Positions 47,244-56,321 of a stretch of 64,000 nucleotides of DNA are shown here, piece by piece. The position numbers and the translations under genes are program-made. Source of the stretch: Candidatus Elulimicrobium sp. Its GTDB lineage: Bacteria > Patescibacteriota > Minisyncoccia > Phycocordibacterales > UBA918. The first letter of the stretch is position 1. Each line of letters begins with the position of its first letter. Where the stretch lies: contig DYNY01000003.1 in assembly GCA_020720815.1 (NCBI GenBank), forward strand, positions 1,002 through 65,001, written 5' to 3'. The notes under the pieces are model-generated. The model did no database searches. It saw only the letters and a program-made list of their open reading frames with translations, and was not told the DNA's origin.

Positions 47244-49469
47244 CTAATTTTCTTGCTCATTTTGACTTACTTCACCGTCATTACCGTCATTATTTTTTCC
47301 TATCAAAATCTCGCGTGGTCTAGCGCCGTCGGCTGGCCCAATCACACCTTGTTCTTCTAGTAGGTCTATTAGACGAGCCGCTCTGGAATAACCAATACGT
47401 AGTTTGCGTTGTAAGTATGAAGTTGAAGCTTTACCAGCTTCCATGACTGCGTATTTAGCATCATCAAGTAATTCATCATCACTGTCCACATCATCACCAT
47501 TAAGAGATACCATGAAAGAGTTGGCGTTACCAACACCGTCCTTTTGTTCATCTAAGTCGATAGTGTCAAGCGTGTGATCGCTCTGATCTTTTAGATAAGC
47601 GACCACTTTTTTAATCTCATCACCGGAGATATAGGCTGATTGGATACGAATCAGCCTAGAACCTTCAGAAGAAAATAGCATGTCTCCCTGACCTAGTAGT
47701 TTTTCAGCTCCCATCTGGTCGATAATTGTGCGGGAGTCTATTTGTGAAGCGACGTTTAGGGCAATACGAGTCGGAATATTGGCCTTGATTGTGCCAGTTA
47801 TAACATTTACCGATGGTCTTTGTGTAGCTAATAGGAGGTGTATACCGACGGCGCGACTCATCTGGGCTAAACGGACGATCAAGGCTTCTAGTTCTCGTGG
47901 ATACGCTTGCATTAAGTCATTAAGCTCATCGAGGATAATAACAATATATGGTAGGGGTTCGGGCAGGCTTCCTTTTTCTTCTTCCAGACTCCCTCTTTCT
48001 TCCCAGGCTTTTTTAGCTGGATGGTAAACTTTACTATGATATAACTCTAAACCTTGCACACCTTCGGTCTGTAGTATGTCGTAACGACGAGCCATTTCTT
48101 TCACCGCCCAAGCCAAAGATCGAATCGCTTTTTTTGGTTCAGTAATGACTGGAGTCAAAAGATGGGGAATACCGTTATAGAGGGTAAGTTCTACACGCTT
48201 GGGGTCTACTAAAATAAAACGTAATTGTTCTGGTGAATTTCTGAAGAGTAGGGAAACAATCATATTATGAATTGTGACAGACTTACCCGATCCGGTTGTA
48301 CCAGCAATAAGTGCGTGGGGCATACGGGCGATGTTGGCAAAATGTACGCCACCAGCCACGTCCTTACCAAGGGCTATTAAGAGTGGACGAGGTGAGTCAG
48401 TGTACTCGGGACTTTTCAGGATTGAAGCTAGGCCAACGATAGAACGAACGGCATTTGGTACCTCAATACCAACGAGCGACTTTCCTGGTATTGGGGCTTC
48501 GATACGGATGGTACTAGCCTTAAGTGCTAGTTGTAGTTCTTGTTGGAGAGCGACAATACGGGAGATGCGTACACCTTGGGCTGGTTTCAGTGAGTAGCGG
48601 GTGATAGCTGGTCCACTTTCAACGGCATCCATTTCGACATTAATACCAAACTCCTTGAGGGTACGTTTGATGATGAGTGAGTTGGCTTTTACATCACCTG
48701 CTACCGCCTTACCTTTATCTTTATTGAGTAGCGATAAAGAAGGAGGGATATAGAGACCACTAAAGTTTTTGACCACTATATCATTTAAGTTTCTGTTGGC
48801 ATCTACCATCTCAGTCATCTTACTAGTGACTGCCTCGAGACCCTTTTTTGCTTCCTCACTTGGATTTTTGTTATCCTCGGAAGTTACAGTTTCATGAGGA
48901 GTCTGTTCCAGCCCAGATAAGTCTAAATCAGCTAATCCTAAATCATCTTCTTCGACATTAAGATTTTTATCTTCACGCTTTCCAAGACGAGGCAAAGTTA
49001 GTCCAGTATTGAAGCTAAGGAAAATGGCAATAAGAATAAAACCAATTAGCAAAACCCCGGTTACCATTTCACCTACCAAAAAAGATAAAGGGTAGGTGAG
49101 TGATAGACCAGCTATGCCACCTAGGTCACTTTGGTACAGTTCAAAGAGAGCTAAAACAGAGATAAAGAAAAGTGATATACCAAGTACCTTAGAAATACTG
49201 ATCCGTTCATCTTCACGTGGATTCATTAAGACAAAAACATAAAATACACAAGCCAGTGGAGCAAGCCATGCTCCGGTACCAAAGAGCCAAGTCAAGCCCA
49301 TACTAGTGTAGTCTCCTGCTCGTCCAGCATAGCCTAGAAGCGAGAAGAAGAAGAATATACCAAGTACCCCTACAACTACCGCGCCGATGGCTTGTTTGGT
49401 TTGAGGAGATAGGTCATCAAAGATGGGCGTTCTCTCTTTTATTTCGACGGGTCTTTTCTTTCGTGCCAT
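47244..49469 (-). CDS. ftsK: DNA translocase FtsK
   Basis: N-terminal TMs, IAGTTGSGKS, DPKRVEL, ATQRPSV, gamma domain LQRKLRIGYSRAARL. Confidence 0.97.
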   Translation of the reverse strand: MARKKRPVEIKERTPIFDDLSPQTKQAIGAVVVGVLGIFFFFSLLGYAGRAGDYTSMGLTWLFGTGAWLAPLACVFYVFVLMNPREDERISISKVLGISLFFISVLALFELYQSDLGGIAGLSLTYPLSFLVGEMVTGVLLIGFILIAIFLSFNTGLTLPRLGKREDKNLNVEEDDLGLADLDLSGLEQTPHETVTSEDNKNPSEEAKKGLEAVTSKMTEMVDANRNLNDIVVKNFSGLYIPPSLSLLNKDKGKAVAGDVKANSLIIKRTLKEFGINVEMDAVESGPAITRYSLKPAQGVRISRIVALQQELQLALKASTIRIEAPIPGKSLVGIEVPNAVRSIVGLASILKSPEYTDSPRPLLIALGKDVAGGVHFANIARMPHALIAGTTGSGKSVTIHNMIVSLLFRNSPEQLRFILVDPKRVELTLYNGIPHLLTPVITEPKKAIRSLAWAVKEMARRYDILQTEGVQGLELYHSKVYHPAKKAWEERGSLEEEKGSLPEPLPYIVIILDELNDLMQAYPRELEALIVRLAQMSRAVGIHLLLATQRPSVNVITGTIKANIPTRIALNVASQIDSRTIIDQMGAEKLLGQGDMLFSSEGSRLIRIQSAYISGDEIKKVVAYLKDQSDHTLDTIDLDEQKDGVGNANSFMVSLNGDDVDSDDELLDDAKYAVMEAGKASTSYLQRKLRIGYSRAARLIDLLEEQGVIGPADGARPREILIGKNNDGNDGEVSQNEQEN

Positions 49470-49753
49470 AGGTAAAATGTTCAGTATTTCTTAAGTGATT
49501 ACGCCAATAATACCATGAAGTATGGCTATAGGGTTGGGGAAAGTGTCACTATCACTACAAGTTTTGTGCCTTGCACAGGGCCTTTTGGCTGGCCTACATT
49601 GGTACCCCACAAAAAATTAGGTTTCACTAAAAGACAATTAAACAGCCTTGCAAATAAAGCAAAATGTCCTTATAGTAGTACTTAGACCTTTAGCTCAAAA
49701 AGACAGATTTATCAAAGACACACAAGCCAAATAAAAGACTATTAAAGACAGAT

Positions 49754-50488
49754 ATGGATAAAGATAACCCGTTTGCAGTTAAAAGACTTTCCGCCAATAA
49801 TGAGTACTATAGTAATGTTTTCAAAAAGACAGAAAGAACTGTCTCGGTAGTCTTTTACATATTGTCTTACATTGAACGAAACGAACAGACAGAATTCCAT
49901 ATAAAAGTCATGAGTGAAAAAGCCATGCAAGTGCATGAAGCCTCACTGGCTTCTTTGTCCTTATATGAATATGAGGCGCGCGAAAAAATATTTCCTTTCC
50001 AGCAAGCCTTAGTCGCACTTGAGGGTGCTTTTCGGATCGGCAACGCCGCCCGGGTCCTTAATGATGAGGTGCTTGTTTTACTCCTTACGGAAGTAGATTT
50101 GGTTCAGCGTTATCTCCGCAATCACTTCGCCATTCAGCTCCCACAGTCTGTGCGCGAGTACAATTCCCTCATTGCCTCCCCGAGTGAGCCATCTCGTCCC
50201 AATCGTCTTTATCGTGAGAATATTGCACCGAGAGCTTCGCGGGTAAACATTCCGAAAGGGGACATTAGCTCTGATGCCCATATGGTCTATAGTCAACTAG
50301 TAGATCGCTCCGCCCGCATAAAGACAGTCCTTGAAGCTAAACCTGAAGCGACGATAAAAGACATTGCGGAAGTAATAACTGATGTTAGTGAAAAGACAAT
50401 TCAGCGCGAGCTAAATAGTCTCATAGAAAAAGGACAAGTGATAAGACAAGGAGAAAGGCGTTGGTCTAAATACTCAATTGCGAAGTAG
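49754..50488 (+). CDS. Protein with helical N-domain and C-terminal DeoR-type winged HTH
   Basis: IKDIAEVITDVSEKTIQRELNSLIEKG.V...GERRWS.Y. Confidence 0.8.
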   Translation: MDKDNPFAVKRLSANNEYYSNVFKKTERTVSVVFYILSYIERNEQTEFHIKVMSEKAMQVHEASLASLSLYEYEAREKIFPFQQALVALEGAFRIGNAARVLNDEVLVLLLTEVDLVQRYLRNHFAIQLPQSVREYNSLIASPSEPSRPNRLYRENIAPRASRVNIPKGDISSDAHMVYSQLVDRSARIKTVLEAKPEATIKDIAEVITDVSEKTIQRELNSLIEKGQVIRQGERRWSKYSIAK

Positions 50489-50771
50489 TGAATATTTGTC
50501 TCTTATTTATAAAGAACATTGAACAACTGGAGAACTGGGACAGAGTATAGGGTTCATAGACATGAAACAGGGATGATTCCTCGGTTGGAGCGAAATTCAA
50601 GAGATACGAAACGCAGGAGATTTCTCGGTTGTAGCGAAGCGGAAAACGAGGAATTTCCTGAGTGAGTGTCTCTCTTGCACACCCTCTTTTTCCGTGTCGT
50701 GATGCAATTATGGTCGTAAGAAGTGACTACCTAGTGCGTCATAAGAGAAAGGAAGATAGTGTTGTTTTTAT

Positions 50772-50800
50772 TGACGTTTGTTCTACTTTCACGTAATGTG
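50772..50800 (+). promoter_or_regulatory. Sigma70-like promoter ~625 nt upstream of S-layer-like gene
   Basis: TTGACG-17-TAATGT. Confidence 0.5.
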
Positions 50801-51425
50801 GCAGCAGAAATCTGTCCATATCACCTAGGCTATATGGTTGTTTGGCCCCTTGTGTTACTTAGCTTAGTGCTTAGTTAGTTTCGTATCACATCCTGGACTA
50901 AGCAATCCACATCTAGCTTGGATAAATGCGGTTGGAGTTTGTCAGTCTTCTGCTATACTTCCGAGTGATGCGCTTATGCGCTTTTTTCTAAAGTCGGTCT
51001 GTGTTTTCCTCTGGGAGAGGAAAACCACCCGAAGCTTTACGACAGGAGAAAGCCGTAAGAGTCGTTATGTTCTTTAACAAACATGTTGCTTTGCAACATG
51101 GGTAGCCGGGAAACCAAACTACTTTCATATCTATAACCACCACCCTGTGCGCAACCTAATATTATATTCATATAATATATAATTATGAAGCACGGACTAC
51201 CGCCTCACTTTTTCCTGCCTTGGTTGCCTATGACAGACACGCAGTCCTTCCTTACAGCTAATCTTTACGTCGCGAGATGTAGAGTTAGTGATATTTCGTA
51301 AGGTGGCGTGATAAACCACTTTATGAATATGAATTAATTCATATTATCAGCCGTTATCAAACTAATTAGCTCGCGCAAGTGAGCACACGCATTAATCCTG
51401 CGTAAAAAAACAAATTACTTAATAT

Positions 51426-53444
51426 ATGACTATTGCAAAAGATTTTGCAGCAAAGGCTTCTGTAGCTTTCGTTGCAGCCGCAATGATCTTCTCAATGATT
51501 GCTCCTGCTGCGCAGGCACAGTCAACAGAGGACTTGCAAACGATGATTAACACACTACTTGCTCAAATTGCGTCTCTACAGGCACAAGTTGGACAGGGAG
51601 GTACATCAGTAGCTTCAGGTGTTTGCCCATACACATGGACACGTGACCTTTCAACCGGTTCAACCGGAGCTGACGTTATGAAACTACAACAGTTCCTAAA
51701 CGCTGACGCTGATACACGAGTAGCAGCTGAAGGTGCAGGTTCAGTAGGTATGGAGACTGAGACTTTTGGTCCAGCTACTGCCGCTGCTGTTTCTAAGTTC
51801 CAGGTTAAGTACCGAGCAGAGACCCTATCACCAGCCGGATTAGTAAATCCAACTGGCTACTTTGGTCCAGCTTCACGTGCTAAGGCTAACTCACTTTGTT
51901 CAGCTCCGGTGGTAACACCAGTAGATGAGACAGATGAGGATATGACTGACGATGAAGATACAGAATCATCTGATCTTTCAGGTGAGGCTTCACTTGATTC
52001 ATTTGAAATAAATGACGGAGATTCAACTATTGAGGAAGGAGATTCAGATGTTGTTATCGGTGAAATCACAGTTGAATTCACAGATGGTGACGCTTCAATT
52101 TCACGACTTGATGTGACTCTAGACGGTCTTGCTTCAGGAGCAAAGCCATGGGACGCCTTTGACACTCTATCACTTTGGGTAGATGGCGAAATGGTGGCTG
52201 AAGTAAATGCTTCTGATAAGGATGACTACACCACTGAAAGTACAGGTATGATTCGTTTCTCAGGTCTAGACATTGTTGCTATGGAGGATGAGGCACTAGA
52301 CATTACTGTTGGTGCTTCAATTCAAAACAATCTTGATACTGAAGAACTTACATCTTGGGATCTTAAGGCTGTAGCAATGCGTTACTTTGACGCAGATGGT
52401 GTAGCAACAACTGAAGATGCAACTCCAGTTACAGATGATACTGCAACATTCGAAATTCAAACAGCTGGAACTGACGAAGAATTGAAATTATCTCTCGCTT
52501 CATCAAATCCAGATTCAACTGACATTGTTGTAGACACAGATGTTGACACTAATGATGTAACCATCATGGTGGCAGATCTAGAAGCTGTTGACAATGACAT
52601 TGAAATGACTACAGTTGTTGTAAAGGTAACTACAGTTGCTACAACTACAACTAACGTTGTTGATGATGTTCGAGTTGTTATTGATGGACAAGAGTTTGAT
52701 GCGGAACCACTAGGATTGCTTTCAGCTGGAAAGTCACAAGCAAGTACTACTGGTAATTTCGTACAATACCTCTTCGATATCGATGGTGATGTAATTATCG
52801 ATGAAGATGATACTGTCGAAATGGAAGTGGTGGTTGATCTTAACGATACCAATGATGGTCTACGTTATGTTAACGGCACAACTATCAAGGCTGAAGTTAC
52901 TTCAACAGAACGAAATCTATGGGTAGCTGAAGGTGCTGATGATCTTGGTACTTCACAGTTCAATGGAACGGCAGTTGGTGATGCTCATACACTAGTAGCT
53001 GAGGGTATCATCGTACCAGTAGACGGCTTCGAATCAGAAGTTGATACTCTAGGTACAAATGACACTATCGGTGAATTCACACTTACATTTGATGTAACAG
53101 CTGTAGAAGGAGACTTCTATGTTACTGAATTTGCAAGTACAAGTGCTACAACTAATGGTGTTCAATTCACAGTTGATGGAACTCTAGGAACAGGAACTAT
53201 TTCTGCTTCAATGACTTCAACTGGTGATGAGGATACTTCGGGAGTATTCACAGTACGTGAAGGTGAGACTGAGACATTCACTTTGACTGTTACAGTTGAC
53301 CCACAAGCTACTGGTACTTTCCGAGTTGAACTTAACGAAGTATGGTACTCTGCAGAAGTAGATGGAACAACTACTTCAGAGATGTATATACCAACCCCAG
53401 TTTCTGACTTCCGAACTGCTTCACAAGCTATCCAAGGTGCTTAA
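51426..53444 (+). CDS. Secreted acidic S-layer-like protein with peptidoglycan-binding-like domain
   Basis: Signal peptide AQA; DLSTGSTGADVMKLQQFLN...FGPAT.AAV.KFQ...TGYFGP; D/E/T-rich; strongly biased codons. Confidence 0.8.
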   Translation: MTIAKDFAAKASVAFVAAAMIFSMIAPAAQAQSTEDLQTMINTLLAQIASLQAQVGQGGTSVASGVCPYTWTRDLSTGSTGADVMKLQQFLNADADTRVAAEGAGSVGMETETFGPATAAAVSKFQVKYRAETLSPAGLVNPTGYFGPASRAKANSLCSAPVVTPVDETDEDMTDDEDTESSDLSGEASLDSFEINDGDSTIEEGDSDVVIGEITVEFTDGDASISRLDVTLDGLASGAKPWDAFDTLSLWVDGEMVAEVNASDKDDYTTESTGMIRFSGLDIVAMEDEALDITVGASIQNNLDTEELTSWDLKAVAMRYFDADGVATTEDATPVTDDTATFEIQTAGTDEELKLSLASSNPDSTDIVVDTDVDTNDVTIMVADLEAVDNDIEMTTVVVKVTTVATTTTNVVDDVRVVIDGQEFDAEPLGLLSAGKSQASTTGNFVQYLFDIDGDVIIDEDDTVEMEVVVDLNDTNDGLRYVNGTTIKAEVTSTERNLWVAEGADDLGTSQFNGTAVGDAHTLVAEGIIVPVDGFESEVDTLGTNDTIGEFTLTFDVTAVEGDFYVTEFASTSATTNGVQFTVDGTLGTGTISASMTSTGDEDTSGVFTVREGETETFTLTVTVDPQATGTFRVELNEVWYSAEVDGTTTSEMYIPTPVSDFRTASQAIQGA

Positions 53445-53495
53445 TCTCTGATTAAGACCGCGGACTGCTAAGAACAGTACGTAGTTAAGAAAAGG

Positions 53496-53523
53496 AAAAA
53501 CCCCTTGCGGGGTTTTTCTTTTG
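53496..53523 (+). terminator. Intrinsic terminator
   Basis: aaaaacccc-ttgc-ggggtttttctttt. Confidence 0.8.
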
Positions 53524-53600
53524 TCCAAATTTTACCTATAGCTACCCGAAGATAGGTGGCAGGCACCTCCGGAAGGCAAAATCTGTTGTATAATATTTCC

Positions 53601-54245
53601 ATGGCCCGTGCTCCTCGCATTGATATAGCAGATTATCAATATCACGTTCTAAACCGAGCTAATGCCCGTACGCAGATTTTTAATACTACTGAAGATTATC
53701 GACTGTTTATGGAGATACTCACAGATACGGTAGAATTTTTGGACATGCGTCTGCTGGCTTTTTGTTTAATGCCAAATCATTGGCATTTGATTTTGGAACC
53801 AAGAGTTGATGGAGATTTGTCTCGCTTCATGGCTCGCCTTACCAACACTCATGTTAAGCAGTATCAAGCGAAGCATGAGTCAGTGGGGATGGGACATCTC
53901 TATCAGGGTAGGTATAAATCTTTTACGATTGAAGAAGGTCAATACTTCTATACTGTCTTGCGTTATGTTGAACATAACGCTTTAAAGGCAAAACTATGTC
54001 CGCGGGCTGAGGATTGGCCGTGGGGAAGTGCCTACCTGCGAGCAAGGGGCACTACTAAATTACTCTCACCTTTGCCGATAGATTTGTCGGCAAATTATCT
54101 AATAGATTTAAATGCACCACTTTTTGCGTCTGAAGAAGAGGCAGTAGAATTGAGTGAAAACTGCAGCGTTCCATACGCTAGTGCTGTTTGGCAGGATAAT
54201 TTGAATGTTATTGTAGAACAAAAGACGACGGGTAAAATATTGTAA
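53601..54245 (+). mobile_element. REP-associated tyrosine transposase (RAYT; IS200-like HUH Y1)
   Basis: MARAPR, YHVLNR, AFCLMPNHWHL (HUH), GHLYQGRYKS, RYVEHN, WPWGS. Confidence 0.85.
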
Positions 54246-54262
54246 AACAAAGTTTATATAGT

Positions 54263-54424
54263 ATGAGACACGTTTTTAACCTCACAGAAGAAGAACTTGA
54301 AATTGAAGCTGAATTTGAGCGTGGAGAATACGAGTCTGTGCCGTGTTTGATCGAAGAAAGGCTTCGTCTTAAGCAGACTGCTAGAAATACTATAGCTCGA
54401 AAAAGAGGCAGGTTCAAATTTTAA
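54263..54424 (+). pseudogene. Probable truncated antitoxin-like ORF
   Basis: LTEEELEIEAEFERGEYESV...ARNT resembles N-termini of BrnA/CopG-type antitoxins; DNA-binding part absent. Confidence 0.4.
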
Positions 54425-54443
54425 GGACCCAACCCATTTACTT

Positions 54444-54465
54444 AGTGTACATATAAGTGTACACT
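54444..54465. promoter_or_regulatory. Putative TA autoregulatory operator
   Basis: agtgtaca-tataag-tgtacact, 6 nt before the antitoxin ATG. Confidence 0.6.
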
Positions 54466-54471
54466 TGATAC

Positions 54472-54720
54472 ATGAATACAAAATTTATTGGTATTAAAGA
54501 TTTTCGTCAGAATATGGCGCAGTACGCCAAAGAAGCTCGTGCCAAGAGGAGTCGTCTTGTTGTTACTAGTCGCAATACTCCTCTCTTTGCAATTGAGCCT
54601 TTTGAAGAGAGCGAGAATTATGAATCTCTCTATAATAAATTAGTAAAGGCTAAGTCTGATTTGGCGGCCGGACGTACCTACACTGAAGAGGAGATAATGA
54701 AAGAATTCGGGGTGCGTTAG
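54472..54720 (+). CDS. Phd/YefM-like antitoxin
   Basis: IGIKDFRQNM, VVTSRNTP, D..AGRTYT.EE; upstream of RelE. Confidence 0.8.
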   Translation: MNTKFIGIKDFRQNMAQYAKEARAKRSRLVVTSRNTPLFAIEPFEESENYESLYNKLVKAKSDLAAGRTYTEEEIMKEFGVR

Positions 54721-54729
54721 TCTTTTAGT

Positions 54730-54993
54730 ATGCGTGTCGAATATTCAGCTGAGACACGTAAAGATTTAAAAGCTCTTGATAAGGCCATAGCAGCCAGGAT
54801 TATTAAAAAAGTATCCATCTATGCTTCAGCTAGTGACCATCGAAAGCATGCTAAGTCTCTAACGGGTAGTTTTAGAGGCTTTTACAGATTTCGTGTAGGT
54901 GATTATCGGGTAGTCTTCTCAATCTCTGAAGAAGGAACAGTCTCCATTATTATTGTTATCTTAATCGCTCACCGAAAAGATGTGTATTGGTAA
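54730..54993 (+). CDS. RelE/ParE family toxin
   Basis: KDLKALDK, YRFRVGDYRVVF, IAHRKDVY. Confidence 0.9.
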   Translation: MRVEYSAETRKDLKALDKAIAARIIKKVSIYASASDHRKHAKSLTGSFRGFYRFRVGDYRVVFSISEEGTVSIIIVILIAHRKDVYW

Positions 54994-55049
54994 GTTTATA
55001 AAAGATTAGGGGATTTTGTATAAAGCTGGATTTAAGCTAATATAGTCAT

Positions 55050-55580
55050 ATGCTTAAAATAAAAAAAATATTCCTATTAGTTATTATTGCTTTTGTGTCT
55101 TTGCCACAAATTTCTTCGGCTTACCTTACCACTGAACAAACTGCTACTAAGCTAGATGCCAATACCTTCTTATTTACGGTTACTTACAAATTTGGTTTTC
55201 TCAACCGCGAACTGCGGATGCCGATTGGGGCGGTGCGCGGAGTTTCGTTTGGTGCCACTTCACCTTTTGCCGGATACGTAATCCAAAATGATGGAAAGAT
55301 GGTGGTGACTAAAGGGGAAGCTCATTCGATTGTCTTAAGTGGTGCCAAAGTGATAGATAATGAATATTATCTACCACCTGGTAAGGCCAGTAACTTTACC
55401 TTGATCACAGTCCTGAATCTCACACCAGAGATGATAGCGGTAGCCGATGAAGAATCGCGTCTGTCTCTCCTTATAACTTCGTTACCTTTCACTATGATTG
55501 ATAAAGGGAAGGATATTCCGGCTAGACTGAATCCTTCAGAGTTGCAGTACTATGTTACACCGGAATTAAGTATCAAATAA
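55050..55580 (+). CDS. Secreted hypothetical protein
   Basis: Signal peptide ending SSA; beta-rich. Confidence 0.7.
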   Translation: MLKIKKIFLLVIIAFVSLPQISSAYLTTEQTATKLDANTFLFTVTYKFGFLNRELRMPIGAVRGVSFGATSPFAGYVIQNDGKMVVTKGEAHSIVLSGAKVIDNEYYLPPGKASNFTLITVLNLTPEMIAVADEESRLSLLITSLPFTMIDKGKDIPARLNPSELQYYVTPELSIK

Positions 55581-55673
55581 TACTCTTCTCCCTTGGGTCC
55601 TTTCTAATAAAAAGTGACAAGTAAAAACCCCGCGCCTACTATGGCGCGGGGTTTTTACTTTATTTACTCTGTA

Positions 55674-56188
55674 TTAGAGAGTGATTGCTCCGCTAGCGTC
55701 TTTTGGTTCCGCATCTTCCTTTGGTAGACGAGTCTCGCGACATTCAGTCTTCATGGTTTGTTTAAATTCAGCCCAAGCAGCTTTTCGATCTGTTTTAAGT
55801 GCCACATGTGCTTTCTTGCTAGCATCCTTCCAATTTTTCCATGAATTCTTTAGAGCAGTAGCTCTTTCTTTTACGTTAGTAATTTTCCAAGACTCTACCA
55901 GGGCATCTTTACGTAAGGTCAAGGTAGCGGTAATTGAAGTATTGAACTCTGCCCAAGACTCGATAATAGCCGTCTCACGGTCTAGAACAGCTCCTTGAAC
56001 ACAACTCAAGTCTGTTGTTGGTCGAGAGAAATGGCAGTGGTTGAAGCCATAGCTCGGTTTTTCATTATACTTATATCACTAATACTCACTTTAGCTTCTG
56101 CTTGAGCCTGTGGCATAGCCAATAAGATACTAAACAGAGTGGCCACGAACGCTACAACAACAATATTTTTAGTAATAGTTTGTGTCAT
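55674..56188 (-). pseudogene. Secreted helical protein split by a frameshift near 56025
   Basis: Signal-peptide ORF 56006-56188 continues in another frame as RPTTDLSCVQGAV...; TCTCTC at the junction. Confidence 0.65.
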
Positions 56189-56321
56189 TTTCTTTAATTA
56201 ATTTTGGTTTAATGTACCTATTAAACCAAGTCTGGCAGGTAATCGCAACCATAAAATTATGAACAAGTGGTCACTATTTGGTTTCCTTGGTGTTAGTATA
56301 GGTAAATAAGACAAAATACTC

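Noticed and set aside
50800-51425. tmRNA, RNase P RNA or group I intron
   Set aside because: No GGGG..CCACCA tRNA-like ends, GAGGAAAGTCC or P7 core recognised by eye
51857-52852. Minus-strand Ser/Thr-rich ORFs
   Set aside because: Antisense shadows of the codon-biased S-layer-like gene
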